Positions 16,692-26,822 are shown, counted from the first letter of the stretch. The stretch is 64,000 bases of DNA from Acidobacteriota bacterium (GCA_032124015.1 JAQBEH010000114.1:936-64935); one strand, 5' to 3'. Numbers and translations: made by a program. The notes: generated by a model from the letters alone, not told the origin.

Positions 16692-19259
16692 ATGGCACGA
16701 TCGCTCGTCATCGTCGAGTCCCCCGCCAAAGCCAAGACGATCAACAAGTTCTTGGGAAAGGGATTCGTCGTGAAAGCCTCCATGGGCCACGTGCGTGACC
16801 TTCCCAAAAAGTCGCTGGGGGTCGACGAGAAGGACTTCACGCCGACCTACACCGCCCTGCCCGAGAAGAAGAAGACCCTGACGGAACTCCGGAAGGCCGC
16901 AAAAGACGCCGACGCGATCTTCCTCGCCGCCGATCCCGACCGCGAGGGAGAGGCGATCTGCTGGCACCTCAAGGAAGAACTGTCGAAAGACACCGACGTC
17001 GTCTTCCGGCGCGTCCTGTTCAATGAGATCACGAAAAAGGCGATTCTCGCGGCGTTCGAGAACCCGCGCGAGATCGACACCCACAAAGTCGATGCCCAGC
17101 AGGCGCGCCGGATCCTCGACCGCCTCGTCGGCTACAAGATCAGCCCCCTGCTCTGGGACAAGGTGCGCCGCGGCCTGTCCGCCGGCCGCGTTCAAAGCGT
17201 CGCGCTCCGAATCATCGTCGAGCGCGAGCGCGAGGTCCAAGCGTTCGTCCCGAGAGAGTACTGGTCGTTGACCGCGCAGCTTTGGGGGGGCGAGGCGCCG
17301 CAGTTCGGCGCGAAGCTCGTCGCGAAGAACGGGAAAAAGATTGAGGTCGTATCGCGCGAGGAGATGACCGGCGCTTTGGGCGAGCTCGGCTGGGAAGTCA
17401 CAACCGCGAGGCAGGCCAGCGAAGAATCGACCTCTCTGGTCCTCGAGATCAAGGCAAAGCACGACCATGCCGTACCGTTTACGGTCGCCAAGATCCAGTC
17501 GCAGGAAAAAAAGAAGAACCCGCCGCCACCGTTCATCACGTCAAAACTGCAGCAGGACGCCGCGCGTCAGCTCGGTTTCCCGGTCGCCAAGACGATGCGC
17601 CTGGCGCAGGGGCTGTACGAGGGGCGCGAACTCGGCGACGCGGGCACGGTCGGCTTGATCACGTACATGCGTACCGATTCGACGCGAACCTCCGACGAAG
17701 CGCTCGACGCGGTGCGCGCCTACATCGCGAACACCTACGGCGAAACCTCTCTCCCGAAAGAGGCGCGCCGGTTCAAGGTCGGCAAGGCCGCGCAGGAAGC
17801 GCATGAAGCGATCCGCCCCACCCTGCTCGAGTTCCCCCCCGACAGCGTGAAGGATTTTCTCGGCCGTGACGAGTTCCGCCTCTACCAACTGATTTGGAAT
17901 CGCTTCGTGGCCTCGCAGATGGAAACGGCGCTCTTCGACACGACGCGCGCCGACATCGAAGCCGGCGAGTACGGCTTCAGAGCGACCGGGTCCGTCTTGA
18001 AGTTCGCAGGCTGGCTCGCCGTCTACCACGAAGGCAAGGACGAGGACGCGCCCACCGACGACGCGCGCCCCGCCGACGTCGAAGCCGACGACGAGGAAGA
18101 CCGCCGGCTGCCGCGACTAAAAGAAGGCCAGGCTCTCGACCTCAGATCACTCTTGCCCCGACAGCACTTCACCTCGCCACCGCCGCGATTTTCCGAAGCG
18201 ACCCTCGTCAAAGAACTCGAAGAAAACGGCATCGGCCGTCCTTCGACCTATGCCGCCATCATCTCAACGATCATGGACCGCAACTACGCCGAGAAAGACA
18301 AGAGCCGCTTCCTCCCGACCGAGCTCGGCCTACTCGTCAACGACTTGATCGTCGGCTCGTTCGGCGACATCGTCGACGTGGGCTACACGGCGCGCATGGA
18401 AGAAGAGCTCGACGAGATCGAAGAAGGGCGCCTGAACTGGGTCGATGCGCTGCGCGAGTTCCAGGCCAAGTTCGAGGTGGACCTCGCGAAAGCGAAGACC
18501 GAAATGCGCGACGTGAAGCGCGAGGCGATCCCCACCGATCAGGTGTGCGACAAGTGCGGGAAGCCGATGGTTCTGAAGTGGGGACGATTCGGGCAGTTTC
18601 TCGCCTGCTCCGGCTACCCCGAGTGCAAGACGACCCGCGAGATCGGAAGCGTCTCGCACGATGAGGCGCCCGCCGCTGGGGCGCCGGCGATTGTCACGGC
18701 GGCCGCCCCCGATCCGGTCGAAACCGAAGCGGAACCCTGCCAGAAGTGCGGTCGCCCGATGGTTCTGAAGCGCGGCCGCTTCGGGGCCTTCCTCGCATGC
18801 GCGGGCTACCCCGAGTGCAAGACGACCCGCAAGATCGTGATGAGCAAAGAAGGCAAGGCGGAAGCCAAGGCCGAGGTGCTGCTCGACGAGCCCTGCCCCA
18901 AGTGCGCGAGCAAGCTCGCGGTCAAGCAAGGGCGTTTCGGTGAGTTCACCGCGTGCTCGAACTACCCGACCTGCAAGTACATCAAGATGAAGGAAACGGG
19001 GGTTCCCTGCCCCGAGTGCGGCAAGGGACAGATCGTCGAACGGAAGAGCAAGCGCGGGAAGCTCTTTTTCGGTTGCGACCGCTACCCCGACTGCGGCTTC
19101 GTCCTCTGGAACCGACCTATCGCAAAGCCCTGCCCCGAGTGCAAATCTCCCTACCTCGTCGAGAAGATCACCAAGAAGGACGGCCATCGCCTGCTCTGCG
19201 AGCAGGAGGGGTGCGGTCACGCCGAGCAGGTCGGCGAAGAGGCGGGGGCCACGGCGTAA
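16692..19259 (+). CDS. topA: DNA topoisomerase I with four C-terminal C4 zinc ribbons
   Basis: 855 aa. LVIVESPAKAKTI, TOPRIM DPDREGE, YMRTDS catalytic Tyr motif, and four CxxC...CxxC repeats at the C-terminus. Confidence 0.95.
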   Translation: MARSLVIVESPAKAKTINKFLGKGFVVKASMGHVRDLPKKSLGVDEKDFTPTYTALPEKKKTLTELRKAAKDADAIFLAADPDREGEAICWHLKEELSKDTDVVFRRVLFNEITKKAILAAFENPREIDTHKVDAQQARRILDRLVGYKISPLLWDKVRRGLSAGRVQSVALRIIVEREREVQAFVPREYWSLTAQLWGGEAPQFGAKLVAKNGKKIEVVSREEMTGALGELGWEVTTARQASEESTSLVLEIKAKHDHAVPFTVAKIQSQEKKKNPPPPFITSKLQQDAARQLGFPVAKTMRLAQGLYEGRELGDAGTVGLITYMRTDSTRTSDEALDAVRAYIANTYGETSLPKEARRFKVGKAAQEAHEAIRPTLLEFPPDSVKDFLGRDEFRLYQLIWNRFVASQMETALFDTTRADIEAGEYGFRATGSVLKFAGWLAVYHEGKDEDAPTDDARPADVEADDEEDRRLPRLKEGQALDLRSLLPRQHFTSPPPRFSEATLVKELEENGIGRPSTYAAIISTIMDRNYAEKDKSRFLPTELGLLVNDLIVGSFGDIVDVGYTARMEEELDEIEEGRLNWVDALREFQAKFEVDLAKAKTEMRDVKREAIPTDQVCDKCGKPMVLKWGRFGQFLACSGYPECKTTREIGSVSHDEAPAAGAPAIVTAAAPDPVETEAEPCQKCGRPMVLKRGRFGAFLACAGYPECKTTRKIVMSKEGKAEAKAEVLLDEPCPKCASKLAVKQGRFGEFTACSNYPTCKYIKMKETGVPCPECGKGQIVERKSKRGKLFFGCDRYPDCGFVLWNRPIAKPCPECKSPYLVEKITKKDGHRLLCEQEGCGHAEQVGEEAGATA

Positions 19260-19260
19260 C

Positions 19261-19282
19261 GCGCATCGCGAGCACGATGCGC
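19261..19282. terminator. GC hairpin between convergent topA and yhcG-like genes
   Basis: GCGCATCG-CGAGCA-CGATGCGC, 8-bp stem, no clear U tract. Confidence 0.4.
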
Positions 19283-19299
19283 CGGGAGCCCGATCCGGC

Positions 19300-20358
19300 T
19301 CAGTTTGTACTACGTGAACGACTCTTCCAACGCTTTCGCATTGCCTCGATCGCTTCCGCAAGCCGCTTTTCGTTGGGCAGGACGAGCCGGTACTCGCGCG
19401 CGAGCACAGAGTTCTGCAGCCCATCGAGCGCGTAACGCGCCAACGCCTCGTCTTTCTCCAGGGTGAGGATGAGCCCGACCGGTGGATTCTCACCCGGTTG
19501 CGTCCAGTGCTCGCGTGCGTAGTTCAGATAGACGTTCATCTGCCCCGCGTCGGCCGACGTGAACTCTCCGATTTTGAGGTCGATCACGATGAGGCAGCGC
19601 AGCCTACGATGGAAGAACAGGAGATCGACCCGGAACCAAGCGTTCCCGATTCGCAAGCGACGCTGGCGGCCGACGAATGCAAAATCGCCGCCGAGTTCCA
19701 ACAAAAACGCCTCGAGATGGCGCACGAGTGCCTCCTCGAGATCCGACTCGGAGTACTCGTCTTTCAGGCCGAGGAACTCTAAGACCAAAGGATTCTTCAC
19801 CTCTTCGTCCGCACTCACCGCGTCGTCCGCCCGCGACTCGGCGCCTCGCGTGAGCATCGCTGCCTTGTTCTTCGACAGAGCTGTGCGTTCATAGAATTGC
19901 GTCGCGATTTGGCGGTCGAGCTGACGCACGGACCAGCCGCCGCGGAGGGCTTCGGCGTGGTAGAACGCCAGAGCCTCCGCCGAGCGAGACCTCGCGAGCA
20001 GGAGGACATAGTGCGACCAAGGTAGTGGGAATTCGCCAGGCGCTGTCTGGCGAATCTTTTCAGGTGGAAACGAGAGATAGAACTGCCGCATCGAGTGAAG
20101 GTTCTGCCTGGAAAATCCTCTTCCAAACCGACCCGTCAGATCCGCCGACAAGCGTTCCAGCAACCGCACACCGTAGTTCGCACGTTTCTCGCCGCCTTGT
20201 TCGAACACAACGATCCGCCGTCCGATCTCCCAGTACGTCGCCGTCATGACGGCGTTCACGGCGCGTACCGACGAGCGGCGGGCTGCTTCGAGCAGGCCGC
20301 TCAGATCCTGAACGAGGCCGAGGTAAATGCGTTCGACCGACCGCTCGCGTGAGGCCAT
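19300..20358 (-). CDS. YhcG/DUF1016 PDDEXK-nuclease-domain protein
   Basis: MTATYWEIGRRIV, SRQNL..MR.FY, WSHY..LL and a C-terminal FVG.Q.R......F.VDLLF...L.C.V.IDLK.G nuclease core. ATG 20358 chosen inside track ORF 19300..20544. Lower GC (line 19561: 32/60). Confidence 0.8.
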   Translation of the reverse strand: MASRERSVERIYLGLVQDLSGLLEAARRSSVRAVNAVMTATYWEIGRRIVVFEQGGEKRANYGVRLLERLSADLTGRFGRGFSRQNLHSMRQFYLSFPPEKIRQTAPGEFPLPWSHYVLLLARSRSAEALAFYHAEALRGGWSVRQLDRQIATQFYERTALSKNKAAMLTRGAESRADDAVSADEEVKNPLVLEFLGLKDEYSESDLEEALVRHLEAFLLELGGDFAFVGRQRRLRIGNAWFRVDLLFFHRRLRCLIVIDLKIGEFTSADAGQMNVYLNYAREHWTQPGENPPVGLILTLEKDEALARYALDGLQNSVLAREYRLVLPNEKRLAEAIEAMRKRWKSRSRSTN

Positions 20359-20624
20359 GGCGACAATGCAACCTTCGAAGAGGCGCGAGCGACGAGACCG
20401 ACGACGTGAGGTTACTTCGGTAACGAAGCCGCGAATCGCAGAACTCGACCAGGATGGGTTACGCCTGGGCAACCCCGGTCCCAGGTCCCCCACCCAGGCA
20501 CGTTGTTCGCCCTTGTCGATAGGAGAAGGCAAGAGAGCACACAAAGGGACTGACTAGCGGACGCGCCGCGGCCACGAGAAGAGCGAACTGACAAGGCGCG
20601 GGGGGTTGTGCGTCTCTCCTAAGC

Positions 20625-21224
20625 ATGGAGGCAATCCTGGAAGTGTCCGGAACAAAGATCGAGAAGACGACCGCCGTGCAGGAACCAACCAACTGGGATG
20701 ATCTCGCACCGTGGAAAGAAATGTTCGAGGGCGTGGCTGCCGGCCGTCGGGAGGCGTTGGCGCAGCTTTACGACCGTGCAAGCAAGCGGATGTTCGGCCT
20801 CGCTTTGTGGCGCACGGGCGATACGGAAGACGCCGAAGAAGTCGTACAGGCGGTGTTCCTGCGGGTCGCCGAAAATCGTGACCAGCTGGGAGCTGTCAAG
20901 GATCCGCGTTGGTGGCTACTCAAGCTTACCCATCGAATCGCGGTCGATTTGACAAGGCGACGTCGGCCCACCGAACCGCTCGAGGCGCACCCCTACCTGC
21001 ACGCGCCCGCCAACGACCACGGCAGGGTCCTCGATGCGCGGCGCGTCTCGGCACTGATCGCCCAGCTTTCGCCGAAGCGGCGCGAAGTCATTTACCTTCA
21101 TGACTACGCCGGGTTGAGTCATTCCGAAATCGGTCGATCACTCGGCATTCCGACATTCACCGCAGCCAGTCGCTACAGGCTCGGGGTGGCCACGCTGCGA
21201 AGTCTCCTCCGGAGGTCCCGATGA
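20625..21224 (+). CDS. ECF-type RNA polymerase sigma factor
   Basis: Region 2 (DAEEVVQAVFLRV) and region 4 (RREVIYLHDYAGLSHSEIGRSLGIP.FTAASRY). Start uncertain (no SD at 20625). Confidence 0.8.
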   Translation: MEAILEVSGTKIEKTTAVQEPTNWDDLAPWKEMFEGVAAGRREALAQLYDRASKRMFGLALWRTGDTEDAEEVVQAVFLRVAENRDQLGAVKDPRWWLLKLTHRIAVDLTRRRRPTEPLEAHPYLHAPANDHGRVLDARRVSALIAQLSPKRREVIYLHDYAGLSHSEIGRSLGIPTFTAASRYRLGVATLRSLLRRSR

Positions 21225-21631
21225 GCGGCCAGTGGAACGACCTTGAAACGATCCTCGCCGAACTTGAACCACGCAGTCCCTCGGATGCATTGCGCGATCG
21301 TGTGCTCGAACGTGCAGGGGCTGCGTTGGCTCGACCGACGGCGCTCGACCGCTGGACGCGAATCTATGCGAGTCGAGCCCTGCGCGCCGCCTGGGTCGCA
21401 GCGGTTCTCGGCTTGGTGGTCGCCCATATGACTCTGCCAACAGCGAAACTGCGGTCGCGTGATGACTGGTTTGTGGCAGGAACCGGAGAACAAATCGAAG
21501 AGCTGCGGGCGGTCGTGGCCCTTCCGCGCCTTCGTGAAAGCTACGTGCTGATCGACGCTTTTGCCTATCGCCGGCCGGTTGTCGCCGTGCCTGCATTCCC
21601 CGGAACCCGTCGGAAGGAGAAGACCTCATGA
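21221..21631 (+). CDS. putative single-pass anti-sigma factor
   Basis: ATGA overlap with the sigma gene. One TM segment (AAWVAAVLGLVVAHM). No zf-HC2 motif. Confidence 0.45.
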   Translation: MSGQWNDLETILAELEPRSPSDALRDRVLERAGAALARPTALDRWTRIYASRALRAAWVAAVLGLVVAHMTLPTAKLRSRDDWFVAGTGEQIEELRAVVALPRLRESYVLIDAFAYRRPVVAVPAFPGTRRKEKTS

Positions 21632-22746
21632 GTGCCCCGCTCGCATCCCCTCGTCTCGCCGTCACCGCCGCGGTTACCGTACTCGTCGCGCTGACCGGCC
21701 TGTTGGCCGTCCGAATGACCGGCGCCAATCAAGGTGTTGCAAACTCCGCTCCCCCGGCCCGCCTGCCGGCGTCGGCGATCGCCCCGTCGACGGTCCCGAC
21801 GGCGAAGCCGATCGTCCTCGACCAGCTTGCTATCCCCTGCTGGTCCTGTCCGGAAACCGCGCCATCGCCGCTCCGGTTCCGGACCGACCTCGATCTGCTC
21901 GCCCCTCTAGGGACCGGCGGAGGTAACGCCGCCGAGTGGTACGCGGCCTTCACGAAGCCCGATGGCGCGCGTGCGCCGGACGCCGACGCCATCATGGGAC
22001 GCCGGGTCGACCATCCGGTGTTGGGAAAGATCCTGCCTCCGGGGGATCCATTCCTGGTCGAGGCAGAACCGTGGCTGGATCAGGCAACCATGCGGTTCTA
22101 CCCGGGCATCTATTCGGTCGAGGGGTTCCAAACAAAGGTCCCCAACTTGACGTTGGCGCTGACGCTCGCGCGATCGCTCGTCGCGCGGGGCCAAGGGGAG
22201 GACCAATTCGAGACCGCGATGGCGGATTTCGGGCGCGTCGTGCGGCTCGGGCGGTTGTTGCGGCAGGACGATGCCATGGTGATCAACGATCTAGTCGGGC
22301 TGGCGACGATTCGGATGGGCGCCGAGGCCATTTACCAGCGCGCCCGGGCAGACGGCCGACTCGACCTGGCGCTCGCGGCGGCGATCATCGCCGGCGAGGC
22401 GCCCCCACAGAAACTCCTGAGCGGCGCCCGCATGACGAGCGTAGAAGTCGTGCCCTACCTACGCAGAGGCGTCGGCCGTACTTCGGTCATGCTTCCGGAC
22501 GGCCGCTTCCAAGAATTGCGTAAGATGGCGCTCGACAACCCCGACCGCCGTTTCCGGGTGATCGCGTGCGCGTCGCTTTCTCTCATCGCCAGCTTCGGTT
22601 CTGGGGACCAACGGGAACCGGCCATACATGTTCTCGAAACGCTCACGGGCTCCACCGACGCCGTCGTCGCGATCAACGCGCGCTGGCACCTCGCGAACCC
22701 GATCAGCGAGAAACGTCTCGACGAACTCCTGGCCGAGGACGATTAG
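21628..22746 (+). CDS. hypothetical exported protein (372 aa)
   Basis: ATGA overlap with the preceding gene. N-terminal TM/signal segment, CWSC pair, good GC3 bias. No domain recognised. Confidence 0.55.
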   Translation: MSAPLASPRLAVTAAVTVLVALTGLLAVRMTGANQGVANSAPPARLPASAIAPSTVPTAKPIVLDQLAIPCWSCPETAPSPLRFRTDLDLLAPLGTGGGNAAEWYAAFTKPDGARAPDADAIMGRRVDHPVLGKILPPGDPFLVEAEPWLDQATMRFYPGIYSVEGFQTKVPNLTLALTLARSLVARGQGEDQFETAMADFGRVVRLGRLLRQDDAMVINDLVGLATIRMGAEAIYQRARADGRLDLALAAAIIAGEAPPQKLLSGARMTSVEVVPYLRRGVGRTSVMLPDGRFQELRKMALDNPDRRFRVIACASLSLIASFGSGDQREPAIHVLETLTGSTDAVVAINARWHLANPISEKRLDELLAEDD

Positions 22747-22795
22747 CCGAGCAAGGGTTGCCAGAATTGATTAGTGCGAGGATGCCGGCAAACTT

Positions 22796-23200
22796 CTAGA
22801 TCGCCTCGATCGCCCTTCGCAGCCTGTCGCTCGCTTCTGCCGCCACGGCGTTCAAGTCGCTGTCGGGGAACATCTCAACCATCGCGAAGGGCTCGATCGC
22901 CTCGACGCGTACGGCCTTCCCGTCTTGACGAACGACGACGTTGCACGGGAGGAGCAAGCCGACGCGGGGCTCGATCGTGAGCGCCTGGTGGGCGAGCGGC
23001 GGGTTGCAGGCGCCCAAGATGACGTTGCTCGGGACGTCGACGTCGAGCCTCTCCTTCATCGTCGCCTTCACGTCGATGCGCGTGAGAACGCCGAACCCCT
23101 GCTCTTTGAGAGCGGCCTCGGTGCGCGCGACGACCGCGTCGAACGTGCCGGACACCTTGCGGCCGATCCCGATTTCGTGCCTCGGAAGTTGCTTCTTCAC
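22796..23200 (-). CDS. DUF302 domain protein
   Basis: ILGACNPPLAHQAL.....GLLLPCNVVV is the DUF302 signature. Confidence 0.75.
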   Translation of the reverse strand: MKKQLPRHEIGIGRKVSGTFDAVVARTEAALKEQGFGVLTRIDVKATMKERLDVDVPSNVILGACNPPLAHQALTIEPRVGLLLPCNVVVRQDGKAVRVEAIEPFAMVEMFPDSDLNAVAAEASDRLRRAIEAI

Positions 23201-23201
23201 C

Positions 23202-23393
23202 TCACGCCTCCTTGACTCCGCATGACTTGAGAATCGCCATCATCGGACACCAGCCGGTGAGCGCCGACTGGAAGAGATTCGCCCCGACGAACACCGTGAA
23301 CAAAAGAAACCATGGGCTCACGAACACCCCGAGGGCGACGGACAACATGACAAAGGCACCCGCGATCAGACGAAGCCACGACTCGACGTTCAT
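23202..23393 (-). CDS. DUF2892 (YgaP-like) small membrane protein
   Basis: 63 aa, two TM. GANLFQSALTGWCPMMAILKSCG motif. Confidence 0.7.
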   Translation of the reverse strand: MNVESWLRLIAGAFVMLSVALGVFVSPWFLLFTVFVGANLFQSALTGWCPMMAILKSCGVKEA

Positions 23394-23650
23394 GATGACC
23401 CCCTTGCCCGCGCGTAGGCGGACAGAATATCTCTCTTGAGTTCCTCGGGAAGCTCAGGCGCATCCATCCTCGCGACGTGCGCAACCGCCCGACGCAAGGA
23501 TTCGAGGAATTCCCGGCAAGGCTCGCAGTCCGCCATGTGATCCTCGACGTCCGCGCAGGCTCCCAGCTCGAGCTCGCCGTCCAGGTACTCGGACAGCTTC
23601 GCAAACAGCGCGACGCACTCGGGGCCGCCGTGGACATGGCCGCCGCTCAT
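23390..23650 (-). CDS. zinc-binding anti-sigma factor (ZAS, RsrA-like)
   Basis: HMADCEPC fits HxxxCxxC, plus an upstream Cys (PECVALF). 4-nt overlaps on both sides. Confidence 0.75.
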   Translation of the reverse strand: MSGGHVHGGPECVALFAKLSEYLDGELELGACADVEDHMADCEPCREFLESLRRAVAHVARMDAPELPEELKRDILSAYARARGSS

Positions 23651-24258
23651 GGGCGCCCGTTCGCGCGGACGTCCGCCGCGTACGACTCTTCGAGGTTCTT
23701 GCGGAGCATCAGGCGGGCGCGGTGGAGACGCATCTTCACCGCCGAGATCTCGAGCGACAGAGCGCCGGCGACCTCCTGCGTCGAAAGCTGCTCCATATCC
23801 CTCATGACCAGTACGATGCGATAAGCGGGCGGAAGGTCACCGATCGCCTTTTGCACCCGCCTTTTCGTCTCGGCGCGGACGGCGTCGTCGTGCGGGAGCG
23901 CGGCGGGGTCGGGGATCTGGACCCGAGCATCCTGCCCCTGGCCGGGTAGAAGCTCCTCGAGAGAAATCTCGCGCTCCGGCTCGAATTTCCCCTTGCGCCG
24001 CTTCGTCAGGCACGCATTCGCCGCGACGCGGTAGAGCCAGGAGGTCATCGCCTCGGCGTGCTCGAGCTTGCGCAAGGACCGGTAGGCCTGGAGCAGCGTG
24101 TCCTGGAGGACGTCCTTCGCATCTTCCCGCTCGCCGCAGAACTTCATCCCGAAAGCGTAGATCCGTCCCCCGAAGCGCGCTACGAACTCGTCGAAGGCGC
24201 CCGGCGCGTCCGCGCGAATTCGGGAGAGAAGCTCGGCGTTATCCGGGTCCTTTTCCAT
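23647..24258 (-). CDS. ECF sigma factor (SigR/SigE-like)
   Basis: DAKDVLQDTLLQAY region 2 and YRIVLVMRDMEQLSTQEVAGALSLEISAVKMRLHRAR region 4. ATG 24258 chosen. Confidence 0.85.
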   Translation of the reverse strand: MEKDPDNAELLSRIRADAPGAFDEFVARFGGRIYAFGMKFCGEREDAKDVLQDTLLQAYRSLRKLEHAEAMTSWLYRVAANACLTKRRKGKFEPEREISLEELLPGQGQDARVQIPDPAALPHDDAVRAETKRRVQKAIGDLPPAYRIVLVMRDMEQLSTQEVAGALSLEISAVKMRLHRARLMLRKNLEESYAADVRANGRP

Positions 24259-24344
24259 GACCGGGAGGGTAGCATTCGACCTGGTGACCTTTTCCTTTCG
24301 GTCGCATCTCACCTGACGAGGGTGGCGCATCCTCGGGAGAACGC

Positions 24345-25739
24345 ATGACTCACAACCCCAACGTATCCGCCCTACGGATCGCCGTGATCGGATTCGCGCT
24401 CACGGCGGCAACGTTTTCTCAGGCGATCGCGGAGACCATTCTGACCCCCGACGCGGCCGCCGCGATCGCCGCGGAACGCCACCCTCTCGTCAGGGCCGCG
24501 GCCAGCGAGGCCGATGGCGCCAAGGCCGACCGCACGCTGGCGCGCTCAGGCTGGCTGCCGCACCTCGACTTGACCGAAGACTACGCGCGTTCGACGAACC
24601 CGGTGTTCGTGTTCGCGTCGAAGCTGAGCCAGGAACGCTTCACCGCCCAGGACTTCGCGCTCGGCGCGCTGAACTCACCCGATCCCTACACGAACGCCGC
24701 CACGAGGGTCAGCCTTCGGCAGAACATTTGGGACGGCGGGCGCACCACGGCGGCCCAGCGGGCGGCAAAACTGGGACTGGCGGCAGCCGATTCGATGCTG
24801 TCCCGCACGCGCGACGAGATCGCCTTCGACGCGAAACGTTCGTTCTGGGACGCCGTGTTGTCCGACGAGATGGTCGCGGCCGCCCGCGACGCCGAAAAGG
24901 CGGCTGCCGCGAACGCCGAACTGGCCGGAACGCTCGTCGACGAAGGCATCGCGGTGCCGTCGGACCGTATGCAGGCCGAAGTGCGCCTGGGCGAGGTGCG
25001 CGCGATGCGCGTGCGCGCCGAACAGAGCGCGATCGTGGCAGCCGCCGCCCTGCGCCGCGCGCTCGCCGCGACGGACGCGGAGGAGTTCACGCTGGTCGCG
25101 CCCGAGATCAGCCCGGACGAGCCGCAACCGGCAGGAGACGACCCGAGCGCAACCGTTGCCGAGGCGCTCCTCGCGAGACAGGACTTGAGCGCGTTCGACG
25201 CGCGCATCGGCCAGGCGCAGCAGGGGGAGTCGATCGCGCTCTCGGGCCGCCTCCCCCAGATCGGCCTCGGCGCGCAGTACGAGTGGGACGGATCCCAGCC
25301 GTTCGCCCCGAGCGGAAACAATTGGACCGTCGGGGTCTTCGTGCGCATTCCGCTCTACGACGGCTGCGAAGGAATAGCTAAGCGCGATCGCGCCCGAGCC
25401 GATCGTGCCCGCCTCGAGGCCATGCGCGAGGCCTTCGCCTCCGGAGTCGGTCTCGAGATCCGCGGGGCCGAGGCGGATCGCACCGCGGCGGCCGAACGGT
25501 TGCGCATGGCCGAAAGCAACTTGACGCTGTCGCGGGAAGTGCTGCGCATCGTGCGCGAGCGCTACGGCGAGGGGCTTGGCACGATCGTGGAGCTCCTCGG
25601 CGCCGAGGCGTCCACCACGCAAGCAAGCGCCTCCAAGGCCCAGGCGACGAGGGACCTCGCCGTGTCCCGCCTCGCCTTCGAACTCGCGGCAGGCCGGCCG
25701 ATCGCCCCACCCCCCTTAGACGTCGCCGAGAAGGAGTGA
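24345..25739 (+). CDS. TolC-family outer-membrane efflux protein
   Basis: 464 aa. Signal peptide and duplicated OEP repeat pattern. GGGAGA RBS. Confidence 0.85.
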   Translation: MTHNPNVSALRIAVIGFALTAATFSQAIAETILTPDAAAAIAAERHPLVRAAASEADGAKADRTLARSGWLPHLDLTEDYARSTNPVFVFASKLSQERFTAQDFALGALNSPDPYTNAATRVSLRQNIWDGGRTTAAQRAAKLGLAAADSMLSRTRDEIAFDAKRSFWDAVLSDEMVAAARDAEKAAAANAELAGTLVDEGIAVPSDRMQAEVRLGEVRAMRVRAEQSAIVAAAALRRALAATDAEEFTLVAPEISPDEPQPAGDDPSATVAEALLARQDLSAFDARIGQAQQGESIALSGRLPQIGLGAQYEWDGSQPFAPSGNNWTVGVFVRIPLYDGCEGIAKRDRARADRARLEAMREAFASGVGLEIRGAEADRTAAAERLRMAESNLTLSREVLRIVRERYGEGLGTIVELLGAEASTTQASASKAQATRDLAVSRLAFELAAGRPIAPPPLDVAEKE

Positions 25740-25743
25740 CCGT

Positions 25744-26822
25744 ATGAATCGCCCTCCCCCCCCGATTTTTGTTGTCGTGCTCGCGGCGACTGCGGCGTTG
25801 TCCCTCTCCTGCGGCGCGCCCCACGGCGAGGCTCGGCCCGAGGCCGCGCCTCCCCTCTCGGTCGCGGTCGAAACGACGGCTTCGGTGCCGTCTCCGGGCG
25901 GGCTCGAAGCGACGGGGAGCGTCGAGGCCGCGCGGCGCGCGTCCCCCGGCACGATCCTCGCCGGGCGGGTGACAAAAATCCTGAAACGCGAGGGGCAGCG
26001 CGTGCGGCAAGGGGAAACGCTCGCGCGCGTCGAAAGCGGCGACGTCGCGGCGCACGTGGCCCAAGCCGAGGCCGCGGTCGTCGGCGCGCAGGCGGCGGAG
26101 ACCAACGCGCGATTGATGCGCGAGCGTTTGGAGCGGCTCGTGGCCAAGCAAGCGGCGTCCCCCAAGAGCCTCGAGGACGCCGTCGCCGGATACGACGCGG
26201 CGCGCGCGAACCTCCACGCCGCCGAGGAAGGCGTGCGGGCGGCCGGTGTGATGTTGAGCTACGGCGAGGTTACGGCGCCGTTTGACGGAGTGATCGAACA
26301 ACGGATGGTCGAAAAAGGCGACACCACTTCCCCCGGTATGCCGATGTTCATCGTGGTCGACACCGCCCGCATGAAGCTCGAGGCTGCGCTCCCCGAATCG
26401 TCGGCGCGCGGGCTGGCGCCCGGAAGCGCGGTCACGGTGGTCGTGGATGGGACCGACGGAGCCTCGCGCGAAGCCACGCTAGCGGAGATCCTCCCTGCTT
26501 CCGATCCCGCCACCCGCACCGTCACGGCGCGAGTGCTGCTCGACAACGCCGACGGCACGCTGCGCCCGGGCATGTTTGCCAGGGTACGCTTTCCCGGGGA
26601 CGGTCCGGCGATCGTCTTCATTCCGGAGACCGCGATCGTACGCCGCGGCCCGTTGACCGGGGTCTTCGTCGTCGATGAGAACGTCGCGCATCTCAGGTGG
26701 ATCACCCTCGGCAGCGCCTTGGACGAGCGCGTGGAGGTGGCCAGTGGACTCGCCGCCGGAGAGCGGATCGTGACGGCGCCCGCCGCGGAACTGGCCGATG
26801 GCCGCCGGGTCGAGCTTTCGCG

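Noticed and set aside
20359-20624. Small ORFs (60-77 aa) or an identifiable ncRNA in the yhcG-sigma spacer
   Set aside because: The ORFs overlap each other in several frames, with biased composition and no RBS. I could not match the sequence to any RNA family by eye. Retained only as part of a low-interest finding.
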